DNA of 52,631 nucleotides, taken from Verrucomicrobiota bacterium. Lineage in GTDB: Bacteria > Verrucomicrobiota > Verrucomicrobiia > Opitutales > Opitutaceae. Position numbers and translations under genes: made by a program. The stretch spans positions 1 through 52,631 of the forward strand of contig JANYDX010000248.1 in assembly GCA_025363395.1 (NCBI GenBank), read 5' to 3'. Below are positions 42,001 through 51,248 of the stretch, in pieces (within the stretch, counting starts at the first letter, position 1; every line of letters starts with the position of its first letter). The notes below the pieces were generated by a model. That model had not been told where the DNA came from. It did no database searches and was given only the letters and a program-made list of their open reading frames with translations.

Positions 42001-44987
42001 GGCGGGTAGCGCATTGTAACATTGATCATCCGCCGGGGTTCATGGGCGTCGGACTGGCGCGCCTCAGTTATGTTTTCCCGGATGGGAGCGGGCAATCGTG
42101 CATGCATCCATTCAAGGTCGATCACAGTTCACTGGATCTGAACGTCACGATTGCACCGGTTGACCGCGTGCAGCGGCCCGGGGCCGAGGCTGAACTCGAG
42201 TTCACGACGAAAGATCATCTGGGCCGGCCCAAGCGGGCGGAACTGGCTTTGGCCGTGGCGGACGACGCGGTGGTTCAGCTGGCGGGTCCAAAGCAGGAAA
42301 AGGTGAGCCCTGTTTTTTGTGAGACGAACCGGACCACCTCGGCTGAGACTTTGAATTTTGGGCGGATCAGCTCAATCACGCTTGAGCGGATCCGGGATCC
42401 TCGCCCGGGAATTCTGCTGAACACGATGGGCGGATATTCTGACGAGGAGACCATCCTCCTTTCACCGTTCATGGTGGAAGCTTCAGACGATGTTGGCTAT
42501 TACGCCACGAGTACTCTGGCGGGCACGCGAGTGAGGACGGAATTGAAGGATGTCGGATCGAGCATTTCCGTCGTGACGAGGCAATTTCTCCAGGACACCG
42601 GCACCGGCAACAGCGCCGATCTTTTGGTTTACACGCCTAAGACGGAGGTCGCCGGCCTGTCCGGTCATTCCGGCGGAGCGCCGGCGAAGCCCATCGAAAT
42701 TCGCCGCCACTTCAGTTCCACCGCGCACTGGGACCCGGAAATTATCACGGACAAAAACGGCCGGGCCCGGGTGAAATTCAAATATCCGGACAACCTCACG
42801 CAATGGCGGATCGACGCGTACGCCGTCGGCGAAGACGGCAACACCTTCGGCGGGGCCGGCACGTTGACACAAACTTCGCTGCCGCTGCAAGCCAGGCTCC
42901 AGTTGCCAAGATTTTTGGTGGCCGGTGACACCGCGGTTGCATCGGCGGCGCTCGTCAATCGCGTGGACCACGACTTGATCGCCGACGTTCAATTGAAGGC
43001 AAGCGGCGTCATCGGCATCGATCCCGCGCAGGCCGCCCAAACCGGCCTTGTAGTGCCAAAGCAAGCCGAAGCGCGCGCCGCCTGGACCATCCACGCGCCC
43101 CAAGCGGGCAAGGCCGAGCTTGGCCTCCTCGCGCGGGCTGGCGCAGAAGGCGACGCCATGATTCTTCCCCTGCCAATCATGGAGGATGGCATCCAGCAGC
43201 AAACGGCCGCGACCGGCCGACTCGCGGAGGAGGGGAAAAATTGCGTACTGAGTCTGCTGCTGCCCGAAACGCTTGATCGCGAGCGGACCAAGGTCACCCT
43301 CGAACTTTCGCCGAGCTACGCCGCGACCATGCTCGATGCACTGCCGTATCTCGTCGATTACCCGTACGGCTGTGTCGAACAGACGATGAACCGCTTTCTG
43401 CCCGCGGTAATCGTACGCAAGACTCTGGTCGACTTGGGCCTCAACGCGGACGAAGTGGAAAAGCGAATCCTCGCCCGGGAAACCGCACCGGATGCCACTC
43501 GCCGACAAAAGACCGCCGGGCTCGGCCGGCTCGACGAAGTGGTGAAACTCAGCCTGACCCGCCTCGACGAGGCGCAACATTACAAGGGCGGTTTTGGCTG
43601 GTGGCCGGGTGCGGCTCAGACCGATCTCTGGATGACCGCTTACGTCGTTTGGGGCCTGGATCTGGCTAAGACCGCCGGACTGGAGCTGCCGGACAACTTG
43701 CTGGAAAAATCCACCGACGCGTTGATCAGTTCGATGATCGAGACCACCGATCAAAGCGACGTGCGCGCTTTTGCGCTCGCAACCCTGGCCCGGCATCCCG
43801 GCATCAAAAAATCGGGCCACTACAAGGCACTGGGCGAAGTGTTCGCCCGAGCCTATGAAAATCGCGACAAGATTTCGCCCTCGGGCCGGGCCTGCCTGAC
43901 GCTTGCAGTCAGTACCTTTGGCACCTCCGGTCAGCGTGACATCCTGTTGCGGAATCTGGAAAATGGCGCGCTGCGCGTGTCCGGTTCAGACCGTGGTGAT
44001 ACCGTACACTGGGGCGCCACCGGCGGTTACTGGCGGGCGATGGACAGCACCGTTGAAACAACCGCTCTCACCGTGTTTGCCTTGCTGGAGCTCGAACCCA
44101 AGCACCCGCTGATCGAGCCAGCGGTCAACTGGCTGTTGCTCAACCGTCGCAGCTCGCATTGGGCGAGCACGCGCGACACGGCGTTCACGGTGCTCGCGCT
44201 GAACCGGTATGTGCAGCAACGCAACGAGCTCAAGGGCGAGAGCGAAATCGAGGTCTTGGTGAACGGCGCGACCGTGCAGCGCGTGAAGCTCACGCGCGAG
44301 TCATTGCTCGAAGGTCCGCTGGCCTTGTCGCTGCCCGCGGCCATGCTGCGAGCAGGCGGGAATACAGTTGAGCTGCGCCGCACCGGTGGCCGCGGGCCCG
44401 TGTATGCCGTGGTCTTGGGCTCGGCCTGGGCCCGCAGCGACGACGTAAACCCGGTTGCGAATTTGATCGGCGTGGCGCGCAGCTTTGTGCGAAACGCCGC
44501 GCAGCCGACGCTCGTGGGCACATTGCGAATCGTCCCCGAGCCACTGCCCAGTGGTGGGAGTGCCATGGTTGGCGAGGAAGTGTCCGCCCACATCATCCTC
44601 ACTGTGCCAAACGATCTTGAATACGTGATGGTCGCAGTGCCCAAGCCCGCCGGCTGCGAGCCACTCAATCCGCTGAGTGGCTGGGACGCGCGAATCCAGC
44701 GCACCGGAGAAGCCTCGGCACCCGGGTCTTCAGTGCCCGCTGAGAAGGAGCCCGCCCGGCCGGTTTACCGCGAGGAACGTGACGACAAAAGCGTGTTTTT
44801 TCTCGATCGCCTCGCGGCCGGCACCTGGGAAATTAAATTTGGCCTGCGGGCAGTGACGGTCGGCGACTTCCGGGCCTTGCCCGTGCAAGCCACCGCCATG
44901 TATGTCCCCGAAGTTTCCGCCAACTCCGAGGCTCGGAGAATGAAAATCGAGTCAACGGACAGCGGCGGGAAAAACTCCCAACGGTAA
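39012..44987 (+). pseudogene. Alpha-2-macroglobulin family protein interrupted by a single in-frame TAG at 41469-41471
   Basis: MG2 motif FLDRPLYRPGETVHWK, 'IRRHFSSTAHW.P.I.TD..G...KYPDNLTQWR', thioester YPYGCVEQT (43371-43382), C-terminal EERDD...MYVPE. Both halves are in the same frame and the 48 codons between them are stop-free. Confidence 0.85.
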
Positions 44988-45015
44988 CCGGCGGGGTTTC
45001 AAAAATCCAGACTGT

Positions 45016-45050
45016 GCAGGCCCGTCTCACGACCGGGCCTGCTTTGCTTT
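45016..45050 (+). terminator. Rho-independent terminator after the macroglobulin gene
   Basis: GCAGGCCCG-tctcacgac-CGGGCCTGC followed by TTTGCTTT. Confidence 0.75.
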
Positions 45051-45107
45051 GGTCGCATCCGCGGCCCGCTTTCCATCCGCAGAATTTCCCGCGACCGATC
45101 GCGATTT

Positions 45108-45183
45108 CCTGACAATTCGCGGTGCAATTCCTGGCAAAGTCTTACGTGAGCGTGACGACATTTTTTCCGGGAGCCGCTAGGGT
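45108..45183 (+). promoter_or_regulatory. Regulon promoter copy D (orphan; -10 TAGGGT)
   Basis: AATTCCTGGCAAAGTCTTACGTGAGCGTGACGACATT, 2 mismatches to copies B/C over 37 bp; last TGAC 45153; TAGGGT at 45178. Confidence 0.75.
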
Positions 45184-45384
45184 CGGAGCAGTTCGTTCAC
45201 CCTCCAGCTGGTCGCCGGACTCCTGCGCGCGATAGGCCAGCTCGCCGGTCGGGGCGAAAACCGCGATACACGTGAAGCAGACTCAATTGAATTCGAACCC
45301 TGATCCCCGTTTCAAGTTACCCGCCCGCGGCGCGCTCCGAACTATTGATCAATCCCATCATGCTCCTGTTTTCTTTCGTTTTTT

Positions 45385-45463
45385 TGTAGGAGCCTGCTTG
45401 CAGGCGATTCGGAACGCCCACCCACAGACCAAGCGCTGAATCGCCTGTGAACAGGCTCCTACA
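45385..45463. repeat. REPIN-like inverted pair of GTAG-family REP sequences
   Basis: TGTAGGAGCCTGCTTGCAGGCGATTC (45385-45410) and inverted TGTAGGAGCCTGTTCACAGGCGATTC (45438-45463); each has an internal hairpin, with a compensatory C-G to T-A change. Confidence 0.8.
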
Positions 45464-45517
45464 TTCAGACTAACGCGAGCGGTCTCCGCGTAAACCAGCA
45501 GGGAATAAAGATGCGAT

Positions 45518-46948
45518 TCACGGACGCACCGAAATTGCCGGATCGCGTTCCGGATGGGCGGCTGCGCCAATGAAATCCGGGTAAACCAGCCCGGACACAT
45601 CATGCGCTTCCAGTGCGTGGGAAAAATAGTCCGGGCGATTTTCCCCCCAACCAATCCGGCAGCGTTGCAGTGAAATCTTGTTGGCAAAACGCACGTGAAT
45701 GCCGGGAGTGCGATGCGCCTCGATGCCGGGATAGGCTGCGGTCGGACGATTGTCCCAGAATCCACCCGGATAAGCAGTCCAACGATCAAGCGTGAGATCG
45801 ACGTTTTCGAGAGCCACTTCACTGATCCGGCTTTCCGCACAGCCGCTGATCCGCAGGCTGTTCTCCGCCCGTCCCGAAACATTTTCGATGCGCACACCGG
45901 AGATTTTCCCAAGTGCCGTTCCCGGTTGGCGCGGCAGGGCCGTAAGTGAAATCGCCTCGCCCCGACCCCACCACGGCGCGGAATGATACCGCGAGTTGAA
46001 GGTAATATCCCGAAACAGCACATCGCGCACATTGCCTTCATCGCGCAATTGGATCGTGCACGCCCGGCTGCTGCTTCGGATTTCACAACGTTCGAAACGA
46101 ATCCTCTGAATATCCCGCGTCGTCTCCGTGCCGATCTTCACGCCCGAGTCCTGGGTTTCCAACACACAATCCCGCACGGAGATATTGGAGCTTCCGCCAA
46201 AGGCTTCGCCGCGGCGCGAGGCCTTGACGACGATCGCATCATCCCCGCAAACAATGTGGCAATTGCTGATCTCCACATTCCGGCAATGGTCCGGATCGAT
46301 GCCGTCGCAATTGGGCACATCCAGCTGGTTCTTAATTTTCACCGCATCCACCTGCACGCGATCGCAACCCAACAAATGCAGAGTCCAGCTCGGCGCCTGC
46401 TGGAAAGTCACATCGCGCACCACCAGGTCCTTGCACCCGGTGAGGAGTGCGAGCCGTGGCCGGAATGCCGCCGGAAGCCACCACTCTTCCGCTGGATCGT
46501 AACGGGTCATGAATTCGCGCGACCGCCCATTGATGCGGCCGGATCCGGTGATGCTCAGGCCCTGGACATCCTCCGCCGTGAGTGCCGCGGCGGCTCCGCC
46601 AAAATCCTCCTGCCGGGTACTGACGAAGAGCTCGGCATCATCCGCGAGGTGGAAATCAATGGCCCCCTTGAGTCGGATTGCCCCGACCAAATATTTCCGC
46701 CCGCCGGGCACAATTACGCGCGCTCCGGCTCCAGCTGCTGCGGCCTCATTGATCGCTCGCTGGATCGCGGGGCTGTCGAGGGTCACTCCATCACCCACCG
46801 CACCGTAATCGCGGACATTGAATTCCCGAGAACGCCTTCCCTGCGCCGACAGTCTCCCCGCAAAAGATGCCAGGCCGAGCGCGGTCGCAACGGTGAACTT
46901 GCTGGTGAGCGCCAGCATTTGCCGACGGGAATGCAGGGATGAAGCCAT
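45518..46948 (-). CDS. Glycoside hydrolase family 28 protein (pectin-lyase fold), Tat-exported
   Basis: SRRQML Tat motif; FNVRDYGAVGDG, PNCDGIDPD, GDDAIVVK, GVKIGTET. Confidence 0.88.
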   Translation of the reverse strand: MASSLHSRRQMLALTSKFTVATALGLASFAGRLSAQGRRSREFNVRDYGAVGDGVTLDSPAIQRAINEAAAAGAGARVIVPGGRKYLVGAIRLKGAIDFHLADDAELFVSTRQEDFGGAAAALTAEDVQGLSITGSGRINGRSREFMTRYDPAEEWWLPAAFRPRLALLTGCKDLVVRDVTFQQAPSWTLHLLGCDRVQVDAVKIKNQLDVPNCDGIDPDHCRNVEISNCHIVCGDDAIVVKASRRGEAFGGSSNISVRDCVLETQDSGVKIGTETTRDIQRIRFERCEIRSSSRACTIQLRDEGNVRDVLFRDITFNSRYHSAPWWGRGEAISLTALPRQPGTALGKISGVRIENVSGRAENSLRISGCAESRISEVALENVDLTLDRWTAYPGGFWDNRPTAAYPGIEAHRTPGIHVRFANKISLQRCRIGWGENRPDYFSHALEAHDVSGLVYPDFIGAAAHPERDPAISVRP

Positions 46949-47058
46949 CTGGAATCACGCTGCCCAGCTTTGCCGGGCAAGCCGGAACACCTTACGCGCT
47001 ACTTCGGCAACAGACACCGTTTCCTTATCTGACAGTATGGAAAACACCGCACCCGATC

Positions 47059-48165
47059 TCACCAGCCCAAGGCGGCGCGGACAAGCGGAGCGAGCGCCGC
47101 CGCCATTGCGGCATGTTCCGCACCGGTGGGATGGGTGTTGCCGGGAACGCCGGGATAATGGTCGAGCGGCGCGATGACGACCTTCGCGCTGCCCACCCGC
47201 GCGACGATCTGTTCCAAGTAGGAATGCAAGGCGGCCCGGCGCGGACCGCGCACGGGGTCGTCCGCCAGCATCGGCGATTCCATCAGAAAAATCAGCGCCT
47301 CCGGTGCATCACGGCGGATTTTCTCGAGGAACTGCACGTACGCGTTGACGAATTCGTTCTGATCGGGAATGCCCTGGCTAAAGTCATTGGTCCCCAGCTG
47401 AATTCCGATCGCGTCCGGCACATAACGCCGGTGATCCCAACGCACGGCCGGATCGTCAGGCAACGCCAGTTCATAAAATTGCGGCGCATTGCGCGTATCG
47501 CGAATGCCCTGCCAGTCACGGATGATGCCGCGCCCGCCGTAACTGACCACATGACACTGCGCCCCTAGCTGGCGCGCCAGGATCATGCCATAGGATAGCC
47601 GGGCGTTGGAGTTTATCTTCGCACGCGTGTCCCGCCCGGTCTCATAAGCGGTCAATTCGCCGGAGGTGACGGAATCACCAATGAGCATCAGCTTCCGTTT
47701 CGGCAATTCCGGCGCGGACAGCAACTCTGCTCCCGCACCCGGCGCAAAATCGAAAATGGTACAGGTTCCCTGCCAGCTTTCATTGCGGCGCGTGAGACTG
47801 ACCGTGTGTTCCCCCGGACTTTCAGCCTGCACGACAGGATAATTGCTCTCGCCCTTCTGCAGCCGAAGCAAAGTGGGGGCCGCGCCATCGACACTGACAT
47901 CGAAATACAAATCATCGTCCGAGGCGCTGGCCCGCATGGTCAGCGCAGTGCCTCGAAAACGCAGATGCACGGTAACACCCGGAAAACCGATCCGCACCGC
48001 ACCAGTGGCCGTGGAGTCCGATCGTCCTTCATAGATAATGGCAGCGTTGTTCGCGGGCACTGGGAGAGTCGAGCCGCTGACCGGGGCGGAGGCAACTGCA
48101 CTTGTCGCCAACGCCAGCAGACCCGCAGTCATCGCGGGCAGACGGCGAAGCATTTTTTGGTTCAT
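47059..48165 (-). CDS. SGNH/GDSL acetylesterase (CE2-like)
   Basis: Signal peptide, N-terminal beta-sandwich, IGDSVTSG, SYGGRG, LGTND, HP; start codon uncertain (48183 or 48165). Confidence 0.8.
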   Translation of the reverse strand: MNQKMLRRLPAMTAGLLALATSAVASAPVSGSTLPVPANNAAIIYEGRSDSTATGAVRIGFPGVTVHLRFRGTALTMRASASDDDLYFDVSVDGAAPTLLRLQKGESNYPVVQAESPGEHTVSLTRRNESWQGTCTIFDFAPGAGAELLSAPELPKRKLMLIGDSVTSGELTAYETGRDTRAKINSNARLSYGMILARQLGAQCHVVSYGGRGIIRDWQGIRDTRNAPQFYELALPDDPAVRWDHRRYVPDAIGIQLGTNDFSQGIPDQNEFVNAYVQFLEKIRRDAPEALIFLMESPMLADDPVRGPRRAALHSYLEQIVARVGSAKVVIAPLDHYPGVPGNTHPTGAEHAAMAAALAPLVRAALGW

Positions 48166-48247
48166 AAATGGAATTGGATTCATTCTGGGGAGGCGGACCC
48201 TGCGGGCGGGGGAAAACTCGGGGACTTGGGCAGGATAGGTTGATCGG

Positions 48248-49303
48248 TTATTTGATCACCGGATAGTGAATGGTTGGTTTCTTGATTTTCACCCAGGGAA
48301 GTTTTTCCCAGGTCATCACCGATTCGCTGCCAAGCAATGCGGTGAGCGTCGCACGGTCGGTCCGCACTCCACCCAAGTCGCCCCAGACGGTAAACCACGC
48401 CCAGCGCGGCTGTTTTTTCAGAATTTCCAGTGTCGGCAGCGGCCCCACCTCCGCGAGCGCGATAGGTTTGCCCTCCGCCAAGGCGAGCAAGTCCTCATAA
48501 TCGTGGCCCTGAAAGTTGCTGGAATAAATGTCGGTCGCGAGCACGTCCACGACCTCGTGGCCCGGGAAGAAATCCGCGTACGGCCCCACCTTGGCGCGGA
48601 TCTCGTTGCCACCGAAAACCCAGATCAAATTGTCGAGGTGGTGAAAGTGGACGAGCCGATCATACAGCATACGGTAAAGTTTTTTGAAACCGTTTTCGCC
48701 GGGGCGACCGCCCCACCAGAACCAGTCGCCATTCATTTCATGATAGGGCCGCCACAACACCGGCACACGGGCAGCGCGAAGTTGCTTGAGGAAAAATGCG
48801 ATCACATCGACCTCCGACTTCCAGCGTTCATTGAGCCCGGTGCCAGACGTGATGAGTTCCTGCCACTGCTCGTCCGTCAACTTGCCCTGGACCGATTGCT
48901 CAAAGGTCACGGGTTCGTCCTCGGTGGGCCGCACGGCGTGCCACATCAGGTTGATGATAAATCCTTCCTCGTGGCGGCGGATCGCTTCATCGACAATTTG
49001 CTGGCGGTAATTGATCCCGTCCCAAGTTCCCGGCTCGCTGAAGCCAAAATCCTGACTGAACACCGCAGGGTAGCGGCCCGTCATTTTATACGCACCCGCC
49101 AGCCGCGTGGAACCCAGCAACGGCACGTTATGCTGGCCGGAAAGCGTGTGCTGGCCGGAAATATCGCGCAGAAATCCGGCAAGTTCAACCGCCTCCGCCG
49201 AGGCGCCGGGCGTGCAAAGCTTCGGCGTTTCAACCGCCCGCGCCACCGGGATTGAAAAGAGCAGCCCGCTCAAAACACCAACCAGACAACGCGATATTTT
49301 CAC
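48248..49303 (-). CDS. Glycoside hydrolase family 26 (beta-mannanase)
   Basis: LSGQH, LMWH, VLWRPYHEMNGDWFWWG (acid/base Glu), KPIALAEVG (nucleophile). Confidence 0.92.
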   Translation of the reverse strand: MKISRCLVGVLSGLLFSIPVARAVETPKLCTPGASAEAVELAGFLRDISGQHTLSGQHNVPLLGSTRLAGAYKMTGRYPAVFSQDFGFSEPGTWDGINYRQQIVDEAIRRHEEGFIINLMWHAVRPTEDEPVTFEQSVQGKLTDEQWQELITSGTGLNERWKSEVDVIAFFLKQLRAARVPVLWRPYHEMNGDWFWWGGRPGENGFKKLYRMLYDRLVHFHHLDNLIWVFGGNEIRAKVGPYADFFPGHEVVDVLATDIYSSNFQGHDYEDLLALAEGKPIALAEVGPLPTLEILKKQPRWAWFTVWGDLGGVRTDRATLTALLGSESVMTWEKLPWVKIKKPTIHYPVIK

Positions 49304-49317
49304 AGGCCAGCCTCGGG

Positions 49318-51114
49318 TCAGGGGACCAGGGCCAGCGCCAGGAGCAAGTCGCCCGATGGGGTGGCGCTGCCTTCGTCTAGCGAAGCCAGCAACGCCGCGG
49401 AGATCGCTTTGATTTGCTCCGGGGTGGCCCCGGCTTGAATGGCGAGTGATTCAGCGGAGGGAACGTCACCCACGGCGAGTGGGCGGACAAAAATCCCCGC
49501 GGGCAATGTAGCGGCAGTGACATAATACCGGCCACCACCTCCGGTGAGAAACCGGTTGCCCGCCAAAGTAAGCAAGCGAGTGGCGAGTTCACCGGCGTCT
49601 GGACGATGAGCGGCGCGCGCCAATTCACGGCAACCAAAGGCCAGCGCAGCGTAGTCCACCGGGGCGGCCGGCACGGTTGAACTGCGCACCCGCCGGAGAT
49701 CACCTTCGGACGAAAGGAAAAAATTCTTCTTCACTGCATCGAGGAGATTTGCCGCCGCCTTGAGATACCGGGGCTCATTGAGCTGTTCCCCCGCGCGAGC
49801 AAGGGCAGCCAGCAACAGACCGTGGGCGCCCGCCGTCGCACTTTGATCGCGCAATGGCTCGGCACGGCCCGCCCGCACCGCCACAAGACGCGCCGTCAGT
49901 GACGTATCACCGGCGTCAGCCACCAGCGTGGAACGCAACAGATTCTTGCCCTTCAATTTTCCGGCGAGGTCGTCATCGGCTGAAATATTTCCCGCGGTTT
50001 CCACGCCATGCGCACGCTTGAAGGCCGCGGCATCCGCGCCCAGCGCAGCGTCAATTTCCGCTTCCGTCCACGCGTAGTAGCCGGCGAATTCCTCGCCGGT
50101 TGCGTCTTCGGCGGCATCAAAGGTGCCATCAGGACGGGCAAGGCGCGCGAGCACGTAGTCAAGTGCACCACGAGCGGAGGGTGCAAAATTTTTCGCCTCG
50201 TCACCCTGCGCAGCATCGAGAAAGGCGAGCACGGTCCGGGCCTGGTCGCCCAGATTTTTCTGGGCGTAAGGCAGGTGCCATTTCACATCGGTGGCGTACC
50301 GGAAAAAACCTCCATCCAGTGGGTCGCGCAACGCGCTGGTGGCAATCGCCCGCAAGGTAAAAAGAGCCGCGTCGCGATCCGCCGGAGACTGGCGCAGCAG
50401 AAAACGCAGCAGCTCCGGCTCAAGCGCTTTCGGGGCTTCAGTGAAGCCGCCGTTAGCGGCATCAAACTGGGCGCGCCACGCGTCGGCGGCGGCCGTCAGC
50501 TTCGTTTTTATTTTTTCCGGCGAAGCTGGCGCAGGGGCAGCGAGCTTGGCGGCAGTCGTGAGCTGGGTCACGGCCTCGCCGGCGCGCGCGCGACAACCTG
50601 CGGCGTCGGAGGTCCAGGCGGCTTTGGCCTGTTGTGCAATCTTGATAAAGCTCGATTTGCCCCATTCCTCGGTGGGCGGGAGGTACGCGGCGCCCTCGTA
50701 TGGCAGAAGTTCAGGCGTGAGCCAGAGGTTCAGCGGCTGGCCGGTGAGTTGTTTCACCTCGCTCAGGTAAGTCTGATAGAGGGAGACCAGTTCGGGGTGC
50801 TCTTCGCGGTCCACCAACACGCAGACAAAAGTTTCGTTGAGCAGCGTTGCCGTTTCGGCATTGGAAAAAGTCTGGCGGCCCATGGCCCGGCTCAACTCGC
50901 TCGAGGACGAGCCAATGAAGAGGTAGACCGGTTTCTGTTCCTTCTTCGCGCGGGCAAAAGCCGCTTCACCCCAAGGCAGCCAGTTTACGGCACTGTCCGC
51001 CTGCGCCCGAACGTAGGCCGAGGATTCTTCCGCGAGCTGCGTCGCGGGCCGCCCCGCCACGGCACTCAGACTGAAAACCGAGAATAGCAAAGCGGACTGG
51101 AATCGATTGATCAT
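49318..51114 (-). CDS. DUF255/YyaL (SSP411-like) thioredoxin-domain protein, secreted, CxxC lost
   Basis: LAEESSAYV..QAD..VNWLPWGEAAF.RAK.E.KP, VDREEHP, PLNLWLTP, D...GGFFRYATD..W..P..QK.L.DQ. Confidence 0.8.
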   Translation of the reverse strand: MINRFQSALLFSVFSLSAVAGRPATQLAEESSAYVRAQADSAVNWLPWGEAAFARAKKEQKPVYLFIGSSSSELSRAMGRQTFSNAETATLLNETFVCVLVDREEHPELVSLYQTYLSEVKQLTGQPLNLWLTPELLPYEGAAYLPPTEEWGKSSFIKIAQQAKAAWTSDAAGCRARAGEAVTQLTTAAKLAAPAPASPEKIKTKLTAAADAWRAQFDAANGGFTEAPKALEPELLRFLLRQSPADRDAALFTLRAIATSALRDPLDGGFFRYATDVKWHLPYAQKNLGDQARTVLAFLDAAQGDEAKNFAPSARGALDYVLARLARPDGTFDAAEDATGEEFAGYYAWTEAEIDAALGADAAAFKRAHGVETAGNISADDDLAGKLKGKNLLRSTLVADAGDTSLTARLVAVRAGRAEPLRDQSATAGAHGLLLAALARAGEQLNEPRYLKAAANLLDAVKKNFFLSSEGDLRRVRSSTVPAAPVDYAALAFGCRELARAAHRPDAGELATRLLTLAGNRFLTGGGGRYYVTAATLPAGIFVRPLAVGDVPSAESLAIQAGATPEQIKAISAALLASLDEGSATPSGDLLLALALVP

Positions 51115-51248
51115 GGGCGTGGCCGGGAAGGGGTTGATGACGGGCAACAGGCGCCGGTCGGGTGAATGGAAACAACGTATGAAGTGTCGGGCCCGCGTCC
51201 AGCGCAACTCGCGTCCCCCAACCGCGGGTGCCTCCCGGGGGGCGCGCA

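Noticed and set aside
34591-45162. The 55-bp repeat as a CRISPR repeat or IS end
   Set aside because: Copies are kilobases apart, in direct orientation, at gene starts and followed by a -10 box; there are no spacers, cas genes, transposase or target duplications.
45190-45350. Known riboswitch (c-di-AMP/ydaO, c-di-GMP) in the orphan transcript
   Set aside because: Only short fragments resemble the consensus and the conserved cores are missing; a covariance-model search is needed.
47020-47043. Imperfect palindrome TTTCC...GGAAA upstream of the GH28 gene as an operator
   Set aside because: Single copy, weak symmetry and no candidate regulator nearby.
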